From contig CM119372.1 in assembly GCA_051294905.1 (NCBI GenBank), forward strand, positions 31,064,001 to 31,128,000: DNA of 64,000 nt. Reading direction: 5' to 3'. Under the pieces are notes generated by a model. The model did no database searches. It was not told the origin of the DNA and saw only the letters and a program-made list of their open reading frames with translations. Below are positions 19,944-31,562 of this stretch, one piece after another. The stretch is from Botryllus schlosseri. Its lineage: Eukaryota. Every line of letters begins with the position of its first letter. Position 1 is the stretch's first letter. A program made the position numbers and the translations under genes.

Positions 19944-22703
19944 TCTCTCAAGCATTGATCATGGTTTTGTTTTTAAAAGATGCCGCGATGTCGGTATAAT
20001 ATTTTCTAAAACTCAAACTAGGACGAAATCATGAATGTGTAGGACTTATGATTAACATATATTGTGCGCAGACAACTTTGTTACAAGAACTATGATATTC
20101 CTGTACTTGCACGAATTACAAATGCGGTATTGTAAATTAGTATATAGCCTACTACACAAAATCCGGAGTCTAAAAGTTTTTATTACAGTTGAGAAAAAGT
20201 ACTCGATACGCTATATTTGAATCTAAAATGTTAATCCCCGTAAAACGTACTGGGTGTGGGGTTCGAACCCACGTGAACACCTGATCATTGAAACTTAAGT
20301 CCAACGCCTTAACCGCTCGCTCAACCCAGTTCCATTGTAACGATATCTGAGAAACCTTTTAAATTAGGGTAGAAGTAACTATTTGCAAGTAAGTTTCATG
20401 AAGTCTCGATACCATGTACTTGACTCTGAAAATATTAATCCCCATAAAACGTACTGGGTGTGGGGTTCGAAGCCTAGACAAATAAGAGGATCGTGATTGA
20501 AAATAGATGGAGAATCACTGGATTAAACTTTACTGAATACTCCGCAATGTAAAATTAGTATACAGTATACACCATACAAAATCCGGATTGTCAAAGTCTT
20601 TAGTGTAGCGGAATAGTGTAGTTTTCTAACTACTTTACAAATTCATACGGTTTTTCTTGGTGCGTTCCAGGATAAATGCATTTTTTCGCGCTTTTTTATT
20701 TTTATTTTTTCATTAAAATTGGAGCTACTGTATATTATTTATCGCCTATATTTAAATTCGGTGTGCTAATGCGTTGAGGTTGAAGCTAAAACATCATATT
20801 TCATGCGGCCAAGAAGACTAGCACCGCGTAGCCGAATTTAGCATACCGAAAAATATCTACTTTACAAAATTTTCATTTCTTTATGTCCATAGAGTCGTGT
20901 TCATGCGACGAATTTGTCCGACTTACTTGCATGAATTACAAGCTACATAATACAACTAGTTAACACGCGTTGATGTAACGTTCCTCATTTGTATGCATAG
21001 CCTACGCGAAATTGGTTATAGAATTTTTCGATTAGTTTATATTCTGAATTTTATTTAAAACTGAAACTGTTAAGTACTACTAAAAGTGTTATAAAATGTG
21101 AAAAAGTGTACAAGTAGAATTAATATTATGTCATGAATAAGTAGTTTACAAATTCATACGATTTTTCTTGTTGCGTTCCGGGATAAAATGTAATTTTTCG
21201 CTCTTTTTTTCCTATTTTTTATTAAAATTAGTATTCATTTTACAAAAAATGTCGTGTTTTGACTTTTGAAAATGGAAAATGCGTGAGCTGGACTAACTTT
21301 TTACGTAGTTCGAAATCGCTACTTTTATACATTATTTCAAAGTATTTGTCAGTCATCGCAGCACCGCTCATATTGCGCACCATCTATTTATTTCACAGAT
21401 AACAAATTACTCCTGCTTTTATCAGAGGATACTTTCCTAGGGTTTGCATACTAACAGTACTTAGTTTAGATTATTGAAAAATATAGTGATTGAAAATAGA
21501 TCACTGGATTATAGTTTACAGAAAACTCCACAATTCTATGTGACGTCCTTGCATGCCAACAACCTACTATTCGCCACCTCATAAACACTTGAGTAGGCCT
21601 ACATTTGATGCGTGTGGGGAAAACCTAGGTAAATTTCCATATGCATTTAGTTTCCAGCTCTGAAAGCAAGCTAGGTCTATGATCAATAGCAACTTTTGCG
21701 TGAACTCCGTTCTATTTCACTTCATACTTACACAATGTAGATAGTCTATTCGAATAATTCGATGTATAATTGAACTTTCCTCTGCATGATCATTAGGGCT
21801 TCTATTTTTTGTTGCAGGGCAACTTTGTTGTAGCCGAAAGCGGTATTATCTAGCGACAAGGTTTAAATGACTCGCCTCCGGCGTTTATTGACCGTATTAC
21901 CCTATTCTCGTCATGCAAAAATTATGCATGTATTAGTAGGAAGCTCAGATGCAGCAAAGTGTGTGAGACTGCCTGTAAAATGGTGCGAAGCAGCGACTCT
22001 AATTTCCCGGCTTATAGCAAACAACGACGCTGAAATTTTACTTCAGACGCAGCAAAGTGTGTGAGACCGCCTGTAAAAATTGTGCGAAGGTACATTTCTC
22101 GGCTTATAACAAATAACGACGCTGAAATTCTACTTCAGATAAAACCAAGTTTATAAATATGGACGGATGAGTTATCTCTGACCAATAGAGTAATATAACC
22201 GCCTATACTTTAGTGGGGTATTGCTATAATGTATATCCAAACAATCGTTGCAGACTCTGAATGTTACCAAGCTCCTTATCACAAAAAAAAATCATGCATC
22301 AGAAGCGTAGGGATTAATATTATCAAGTCGCAGCGCTCAAAATAGCATTTTATATTAATTAATTAGTGATGATGTTTATTTTTCGGAAGCAAATTATTAT
22401 AAAGTCTCGGAATTTAATCATCTAACGTATAATGAATGTTATTTATTTCTCGGAAGCAAGTTATTCAATACATATTGCTAAATACACATGGAAAATCGGT
22501 ATTGAAATTCACAAAACATTAGAATATCTAGGCGTTGCAATGGGCGTCATTGCAGATATAAACACGCATATAAATCAATTGAAAACAAATTCACATTCAC
22601 AAACACGTGTTAGGTGCGGCAATGGGCGTCATATAGGCGTGGCAATTAGGGCGACGTGGCGTAATTTGATTGGCCTGCACGAAACGAATCCCATATCACT
22701 ACT
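19944..22703 (-). repeat. Right 2,760-bp inverted arm
   Basis: Reverse complement of 11073-13832. Starts TCTCTCAAGCATTGATC (19944) and ends CATATCACTACT. Confidence 0.97.
20248..20330 (-). tRNA. tRNA-Leu(TAA) gene or pseudogene in the right arm (mirror copy)
   Basis: Reverse complement of 13446-13528. Confidence 0.85.
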
Positions 22704-25700
22704 CATCGCGATACTTAATCGTTCAATATGCGGTCATTTTACCCGCGTTGGTGACCACTGATGTAGGACGTACAAACCCTTAGTAAAGATTGCACGTGAA
22801 CATCACTTACATTGGAACGCCGCTTTGTCTTGCTCATGTTTGTGATCGGCAATGTTTTCTCACAAAATGCATGTAGACCCGGGCCGCAAGCTCCATTACA
22901 TGTAAGACAGAAACTGTCTGCGGGCGGCCCCAAAAACTGGCTGAGCTGACGCTTCAAGTGGTTAAAATAAATCATTATAAGCCATCAAAAAGAAATACTA
23001 GGAAGACTTTTGCAGCTCACTCACCGACAATTCCAGTTTGGCGCGCATCTGGCACGTGGTCAAATCCATGTCGCACCTGGATTCGTATCAACGCCGGCCT
23101 AAGGACATGCTGCTTGATGGTGCAGAGCGGCAGTTCGGCTCGTAAATAATAGTATTATTCGTGTGACATGAACGTGACTTAATATTGTATCATCACGTTC
23201 CCAACATTCTCACATCCACCAGCTCTTCAGCTAACTCTAGCTGCGTAAGCGTAGGGCATATAAAAATCGTATGCGCCAGGCGAGTTCAGGCTCGAAGTAG
23301 AAGAATATATCGGTATCTCAGTATAAACAGTAATTTGTCATTGCAAACGGCATGATTTTGTTACAATGCATTGAATGGTGACGAAACCGTGGTACGTAGG
23401 CTACACTTCATTGATCATGAGTCGTATGACTGATATAGTAGGCTATACGAAAGAGTGCAGTTTGTAAGATTCTAAACCTCTACTAAGAATAACGAGAACC
23501 ACAATAACATGAAGGGTTATTTGGAACATTTTCAAAATACGATTTTTGTATCACAATTTCGAAGGTCGTTACAGATACAATAAACCGGAATCAACACAAC
23601 TCTCACTTGGTCGTGTGTCTCGTTACTCTCTGTAGAGGCTTTCGATGGCGATGGAAGTGGAAAGTTACGGTTATACTGGTGTATGTGAACAAAGATACCG
23701 GGCGGGGTCTATGCTTTTCGCCACGTACCCGACCGCGTAATATTGTAATCCAGCCCATCAGCCTAATTCAAGGGCAGATGATTTTTTCGCTTCTTCACCT
23801 AAGCCAAACATGGGTCACGCACGCACACAGGCTTATGTTGACGAGTAACAAGGCAACGAGGTCTGTATCAGAGCAATGCCGTTACTGTTGGCTGTAAGTA
23901 GGGGATGCTGGGCAAAATCGGGTACGCTAGTGATTCGAATATTATGCTTCGACTCGAATAGACTGTACAATCGTGTCTTTTCTATAACTCTGGTCATTAT
24001 ACGCCCCTTGATGTTGCACTCTACTAGCATTAGACCAAAATGTTTCGTCAAAGCAATTTAAAGCAAATATATCAAACATCACAACTATAGGGTTGTGATT
24101 AAAACAAGAATCTATTTAAAACAAACTTGTTCAAAACAACGCCCTTTTTTGAAACATGTTTAAAAAAATCTAATCCATGACGTCTCGCATTGGTATTCAC
24201 AATTGAAAATACAGGTTAAATATAGCTCCTTTGACGAAATAGGCTTCCAACCCCTGTCATATACGGACCAAAAATATCTTTAACCAGGACTACATCGTCG
24301 TGCAGCATTTGTACGGTCGGCGCCTCGGCGGTCTTCATGATCAGAGCATTCATTCCGTACAAATGATCTATATCTGCTTACTGTTAGCTGTTGAACCCAC
24401 TATTTCGAGCAAACTTCCCATATCGTGTATACATCGGCTATATCGGGTGGCAATCGTCGTCCTTAGGCTCATACAGCATGTTTTTTGAAAGTATTTACAC
24501 AATTATAGCATAATTAAACAACTTAGAAAAACATTTTTTGAACGCCTTTGTTTAAAACACTGCTTAAAACATGTTTTAAGCAATTCGTTTTAAACAACCA
24601 TTTGTTTTAAATGCGACCCTAATCACAACGAAGCAAATGCTACTTCTCCCTCGCGAGCACAGTGAAAAGTCGATAAACAATACCTCTAATATCTTCTATT
24701 GCAGCGGTTCGAAATTCGGCGGGCGCGCCTTCCTTGGAGGGGGAACGGGGCATGGAAACATCAGGAGGGCGCGAAGCCGTGGTTAACTGTAAAAAAATTT
24801 CGCGGTCTGCGCGATTTATCCCCAGTTCATAGCTTTTGCTTTGTCCCATCCACAGTCATAACCTTCCATGCCATCATACTATCTGTTGTGATTGCTAGCA
24901 TTCTGGCTACATATAATGATGTGACGATAATGAGGCGCGAGATATTTTACTATCATAAAGGATGGCGTGTCTGAAAAAGTTTGAGAACCACTACTCAATT
25001 AAAATATTTTGCAGTCCGAAACAGGATGTCAAATGATTTGTAATTCTTTATAATTTATGCTAATTCATGAAATAAGTTTGGGCCCCCTTCGAGCTCGGCC
25101 CCCCTTAATTGGGAGATTTGAGGTGGGGCAGTTACGGCCCTGACTATAGGACTACCAATTATGCTGCTTTTAGCCGGCTAAGCGGTATGCATCTCGGCGT
25201 ATATTCAACCGTGAGTCACGTGTTGCACATCTAGCTATCATAGGGTTACCATACGTCCTCTTTTAAGATGATATGTCCTCTTTTTTGATTTTTTTAAAAG
25301 TGACCACGGAGGACGCCCAAATGTCTTCTTTTTCGGGATTTTGTTTATTTTTTGAGGATTTTGGTTACATAAAGGGCCAAATTCGACTAATATGCATTAA
25401 GTCAGCACTGTAGGAACGCTACGGCGGCTATTTCGGGAGCTGGACCGGAAAGTTAACGTTTTTTTTTCAGTCAACCACCTGTTAATGTGAAAGAAAAACT
25501 GTATTTTCCGGGAGTTGAGCCTCTTTTTCTTTTTCAGTCAAGCGACCACGAAGTGGGAAAAATTTACCATTTTTTCAGGATTTTCCTCCGGTTTTGAAAG
25601 TTTTAAATATCTATTTATATCTATAGCTACTGCTCGTTCAACTGGATGGTTAGGGCACATTGCATTGAAACAACAGTGACGTAACGTTAGCAGTCTATAC

Positions 25701-26275
25701 TCACAACTTTCCCGCGATTCTATAATTAGAAGCTACTGAGGCCAAGCCAAGGAAGAGTATTTTAAAAATATAAATTTTATTTTTTGTCATAAATCGATTT
25801 CCTAATATATTTTGGGGGCCGCAAGAAGGCTATCTGGGGGCCGCGCTTGGGAATCCCTGCTGTACACCATGTGGTAGGTCACGTGCGGATCACGACCCCA
25901 AGTGGAGTCGCCACCACTCCCGGATTCAATTTCCTAAAATTTTAATCTTATACTGTAAAATAATCAATTTGCCCACTTTTGATTCAAGTCGGCAACTTTT
26001 GTTTTGTTTGTAGTACAGCTTGCTACCTTTTGCCACAAAAAACACTGTGTTGCAATGATGAAAAACGAGGAGTTGCGATAAGAAGTTTTGTGAAGTAGAA
26101 ATTTTGTAGTAGTATAAAGCTAACTGTTCACGACGCATGTTTAGACTAACTCTTTCTTTATTCAAGCCAGCGAGGTTTCATGAAGTTCGAAATGCGTGAG
26201 TACGATTCGGTAAATGACCTGTTTGTTATCAAATTTACACTCTTCACACGCAGGCTACGTACTTCGCATCCACAA

Positions 26276-28015
26276 TAGGGATGGTGTGAACGTGAGGTTC
26301 ACGTTCGCTTTGGTAGGTTTTGCACTGTGAACCTTTTTGATGTGTTACAATTTTCCCTTCCTTGTAACATCTTTGGTTGAAATTTATTGCATTTCAACTG
26401 CGGGCCACTCAATGCATGGCGCTGGCCGCATAAAAAAATCAACACTAAACGAGCATGCAGCTTGACCATCTCAAATATTTACTTACTTTGCTCGAAGTAT
26501 CCAGTTATCCGTTTGTGAATACTTGGCGACTCACTGCTGTGAGCTTGACCCGCAATCACACAGCATCAAGAGAAAATTACACTACATGTAATCAGCGAAT
26601 GATGCTTATTCAACCAATCAATGAAATTGATATCGTTGTCTGATGTAAACAAATCTTGCAGGCGTACGGGTCAATCTTCACTTCATATCTTTATTGTTTC
26701 ATGAAAACCAATCCGTGCTATTGGGGTGTTGGCTGCAGCTGTACAGCTTTTTAATGGGGTAATATCGGTAGCAAGTATAGAAACCCGTTTTACACTCTGC
26801 TCAATATCAACGTAGCAATACTGAGACGCCGAATACATGGTCCAATCTGGCCTAGACTGTTACGGCGTAAGCTTATATTTCCTTGCAAGTTCTCGTCGAA
26901 ATTGTTGGCAAAGCGACAGAAGATACTGATTTTATGGGATTGTTATATCATTTGATTGCCTAGTTGATACATTTGGTCACGTTTAAAACATCAATATGTA
27001 CTTCAGCATTGTGGCATTATGTGGCCCTAGTCGTCGTTTATAGATATCGTCAACAATAGAGGTCTCAAACTCAAATGTACTCGTGGGCCAATTTCCTAGT
27101 TTTTGATGACGCCGCGGGCCGCAGCATCAATAATAGGGATTTTCGATGCATAATTTTCAGGTAGGCCTTATTTGACGGACCTTGTATACAGGCATTCCAC
27201 AAACATCGTGGAAATGTAATTTACTATTGTATTATTTCCTCTTGACATGGAAAAAAATCACGTTTTGAAATATTTGAATAAAATTGATTTTGTGTCGGGC
27301 CTAATTTCTGAGAGGATGCATCATGACACCGTCAAACTGTCGGGTTATTATATTGCAGCTGGTGGAACTGTGACGTGCTACAATTTTATGTAGAATATTT
27401 TGTAATGTACTAAACATTGATTTGATATTAGAGCATTTGAGCGGTGTGGCCTAATCCCGGTTTTGATATAGTCGTGATGAGTATAAGCTATTGTTATTGC
27501 CAAAGTCAAATTAAATCAGCGTTAGATTTTGCCTTCGATTATTATTGGAACATATCAATAACAACTTAAATATAATCATTATTGAGCCATTGTAATAGTA
27601 CTGTTTCTCAACATTTTTAGCTATCGTACCCCTTGTGCTTCCAATGAGATTTCTCGTAGCCCCTGTCTATTTCAAACAAAATTGTTTAAATTTCAGTGAT
27701 TTTTATAGTAGTTATAGAATGAACTTTAAGTTCTTATATCAAAAAGGATATTTCACTTGAACAGATGTTGATTACTTGAAATTCCAAAAATTCCGTCGCA
27801 GGCCGCACAAAAAGCTCTCGCGGAACGCGTGTTTGAGACCTCTGGTCAACAAAGTAGTCTCTACATAGGCTATCATTTCACTGAAATGTTGGGTTGCAAT
27901 CAGCAATATGACGTCACGTGACGTCAAGAGGTTTACGTTCGCGTTCACACAGAACCTTTTAAAAAGGTTCGCGTTCACACGAGCGTGAATATTTCAGAGG
28001 TTCACACCATCCCTA
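26276..28015. mobile_element. hAT-type element (TAGGGATGGTGTGAAC TIR) with a nested insertion
   Basis: TSD ATCCACAA (26268-26275, 28016-28023). Related fragments at about 868-970, 32940-33796 and 52021-52755. Confidence 0.85.
27057..27844. mobile_element. Nested hAT-type MITE (YAGAGGTCTCAAAC TIR)
   Basis: TSD GTCAACAA (27049-27056, 27845-27852). Confidence 0.85.
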
Positions 28016-28077
28016 ATCCACAATCGAAACTAGTGAGACGAACGTTTTCGACCGCATTGGGGTTGCGACCCCTAGAT

Positions 28078-28375
28078 CTGTGGTTCCCAACCTTTTTTAG
28101 ACACGCCCTCCTTTATGATAGTGAAAAATTTCGCCCCCCATCCCTTATCGTCATATCACAAAATCCAACCGGGATGCTAGCAACCTCAACAGATTGTTTG
28201 ATGGCATGAAAGGTTATGACTGTTGATGGAAGAATTAAAAAATATGAAATTCGGTCCATATAGAGAGAAACACGCGTGATTTGTAGGTAAATCGCGCAGA
28301 GGGCGAAATTTTTGTTCAGTTGACCGCTTCAGAGCGCCCCCCCCTCAGAGCGCGCCCCCAGGTTGGGAACCAATA
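28078..28375. mobile_element. About 300-bp hAT-type MITE; family also at about 3207-3520 and 24702-24992
   Basis: TGGTTCCCAACC / GGTTGGGAACCA TIR. TSD CCCTAGAT (28070-28077, 28376-28383). Confidence 0.8.
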
Positions 28376-28846
28376 CCCTAGATTGAGAACTACTGATTTA
28401 CAGGCAGATGTAGTGATTTTCAAAGCTTTCAAAAGAAATGGCAAATGGAAAGTCGGGGAAGTAGTCAATAAGTGCCAGAAGCGTGTGAAGAAGTAGACTG
28501 GAGCAATGCGCTGTAGACTTTTGTTCATGAATGACTTCTTTTGTCGATGTATATTTGCGACCAATTCATAATGATTGATATCGATAAGAAGTAGTCCAAT
28601 TTTTGAAATTATAACCAGAGACTCAACTGCGTAGTGTTTACCGGCATACGGGCATTTCATCAGCCAGTCGTGACGACAATAAATTTATCCAATAAATGAA
28701 ATGAGATGAGATGGTATGCGATACAATCCATCACGGCTACTTTTCGGCGAGGGTATGTTCGGGATAGAGTGCAAAAGAGAGACCTCTTGTAATTGATGAT
28801 GAAATGAGGGTATTTTGTACACGTCACATTGTAACTTCGTTTAGGT

Positions 28847-31562
28847 CAGGGGTGTCAAACTTAACTTGTGTCGCGGGCCGGATTCGAAAATTTTGATCGC
28901 TCGCGGGCCGGACCAGCAATAAAATGATTCCAGTGTGTTACCTAACAATCCATACCCTTGTTTCCACTGGAATGCTTCATTTTCAATGCTATATGCAAAA
29001 CAGTATTATATATTATATTGCAGATCAATGTGGGCTCTATTCGAGCAACACCGTTATTCCGAAACAATAGAATTGGCAAACATTCGATGATTGGCCGATT
29101 GAATGCAGATATAAACCACTAAAACAATGGCTCTAACAACGATAGGTTGCAATATTTCTGCACTGCACACACTGGATCAGTGCTTTTCAACCTGTGTGAC
29201 GGTTCGCACTTGTGCGAATGAAAAAAATCGCAGTGCGAATGACGAAGGTGGTGCGAACAGTGCGTATGAAAATCCGGATCAAGTGTGAATGAAAATCGTG
29301 AATAATTGTTAATTTTTCTGGCTTGGAATAATTCAAATAAACCTAATCGGAAATTTAAGGTCAGTGTAACTTTTGTAGTGGCGACGCAATTGTAAAAACT
29401 TGTTTACTTACGACGCACCACTAATCGTAGCTCTCACAAGCCGTAGTGAATGACGTCAAATTGACTTTCTGTTTTCTTTCGCTAAACAATCATCATATTT
29501 TCGTAATAACTGTTCGATTAGCGCGAGGCACGAGTATAGTATAGTACATACCATCATTACAGACTCACATTTGCAAGTTACTGTAACGCAAATTTTGACC
29601 CCTTCGAAGGTAAAATATGGCTTTATCGTGAGAATTCTTGATAAGATTTGCCCGACTAGTTTTTCTGGAAAACATGATCGAAGACCGTTCGGATGAACTA
29701 GTGTAGGGGTGTGCAACGAGCGAGTTCAGACCTATGAGTTCATTTCGAGCCAACCCCTTCTGGCTAGGGGCACATGAAGACGTAAATTTTTGGCCAACAA
29801 ACCGCTGACAAAATGCGGTGCCAAAAACATAAGCGGCGACAAAATCTTGGTCTAAAAATGACCGATGCTGGATGGCCAAACTTTTCGATATGGATATGCT
29901 CCGTTGTCTGCACGGAACATTCCCGTTCTTGCAATCGGAGTAGACAAGTAGTAAAACTACGACACGCAGAGGAATTTAATTTGCCCTAATTTGAAATCGC
30001 GTGCGTGAGACATGTTTTGTAGAGCAGTGGTGGGTGGAATTGTGGTGTGCGCGTTCTGTATGTCATACATGTCCTCAAAATTGTAGCTTACAACTGTAAT
30101 ATTCTAAATGAATTTTTTTTTCATGGGTGAGGCTCGGGTCGCTTTACCGTTATTAAACTGTTCTGAGTTCCCAAGTTAGATTGAGCTAAAGAGCAGAACA
30201 CACAGCATCGTGAGCATATTTGCTCGTCTCATATAATCGCGAGACAGAAATTAGAGTTCGCTACCTTATGATCCGTTGCTCCAATGTGCCTACTGTCCTT
30301 GATCGTTTTTGCACCTTATGTTCCAACACATAAGGCAAAAGCCTCAAAACAAACATGTGGTATTTTCACCTTTTCGACAAAATGGAGCCTCAGGGACCTT
30401 TGTGTCAGCTCTCAAATACCATTTCTGCCAGCAGGCATTTTGCAGTCGCGGAAAATACGCTGTATTTTGGATAGGCATACAGAACAGATTTTAAGACCTG
30501 GCCATCCAAGCACTAGTAGACGTTCTTGTACAAAACCCGAAAACTTGTTTGGCCGAGCAGGGTTTTAGTGAAATAATTGAAATAAAAATGAGCGAAAAAC
30601 GTTGCCTTTTTAATGGGACACTTGATAGCTTAAGTTACATAGCAGCTAATTTGTTGCACATCTGAACAAAATGTTGTTAAGTATCTTCATCTTTTTGTAT
30701 AACAATTTTCGATTAGTTTGTGCGAATAAAATTTATTTTACAAAAACGTGCGAATGGAGCTCAAAAAGGTTGAAAAGCACTGCACTGGATTATTCACGAT
30801 ACCTCGTTCGCCAAACGTATTTTTGGTGAGAAATACTAGAGATTGTATAAAGTGGGCGCTAGAAATTTGTTCATCATTTTCATATCACGTGACCAATTCA
30901 CCATTCGAGTTTCTCTGGATACCGGTGCTGGGGCAGTTTGGGTCAGACTAAGGTAAATAGAAGTGCGGCCGAAGATATTTGAATTATGTTCTTGTATTTT
31001 ATAACGGTTTCACATTGTCATTTTCGTCTCTGAATACTATTATTTATTCCATATAAAAAAAAACTCTGAACTCAGTTTGCACTTTTTTGCCTTCTTGAAA
31101 TGTTATGTCAATGTCACTATGGAGCCTATTTTCATTTATATTTTCGGAATCAGTGCCATAGTAGCTTTCGATCAAGACCGAATTCATTAAATTCTGCCCT
31201 CTGGAAGACAACTTTTGGATTGCCAGAAATCCCACAGTCGCTTACGCAAAACAATTCTGAATCCAGCCACAGCGAAGCGGAACGAAGCTACAAAATCGGT
31301 CTTTGCCATTCCATGTTTACATTCCGTAATGTCACCAACTTGTTCCTGATGGCTACTTGAGTTAGAATTAACACTGCCGACATATGGTTATTACTATGAC
31401 CTACGAACATGTTCGATATTAGTGTCTTGAGGAATAATTTAATATTTACGTCAAAGGATTTATTACTAATAATCTTAACTTTTGTTAGAAATGTACTGGA
31501 TTATACGATAATTTTTCAATTTGCTCAGAATGGCCTCGCGGGCCGTATGTTTGACATCCCTG
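28847..31562. mobile_element. hAT (Charlie-like) non-autonomous element (CAGGGGTGTCAAAC TIR)
   Basis: TSD GTTTAGGT / GTTTAGGA (7 of 8 match). Related copy at about 48545-49341. Confidence 0.8.
29178..30782. mobile_element. Nested hAT-type element (CAGTGCTTTTCAACCT TIR)
   Basis: Perfect 16-bp TIR. TSD CACTGGAT (29170-29177, 30783-30790). Confidence 0.92.

Larger units (their letters stand above)
11073..22703. mobile_element. Non-autonomous Polinton/Maverick-like element (11,631 bp) with 2,760-bp terminal inverted repeats and host-gene cargo
   Basis: Left end AGTAGTGATATGGG (11073) and right end CCCATATCACTACT (22703). Identical hexamer CATCGC directly outside both ends (11067-11072, 22704-22709). 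6-bp TSDs and AG...CT termini, often AGTAGT, are the known Polinton signature. No pPolB, integrase, ATPase, protease or capsid ORF inside. Confidence 0.8.

Noticed and set aside
11073..22703. Autonomous Polinton or endogenous virus
   Set aside because: No ORF long enough for, or similar to, pPolB, integrase, packaging ATPase, protease or capsid.
11073..22703. Pure assembly artefact (fold-back chimera)
   Set aside because: Not excluded without reads, but disfavoured by the exact 6-bp TSD, the Polinton-type termini, about 8 arm differences and flanks that rejoin coherently.
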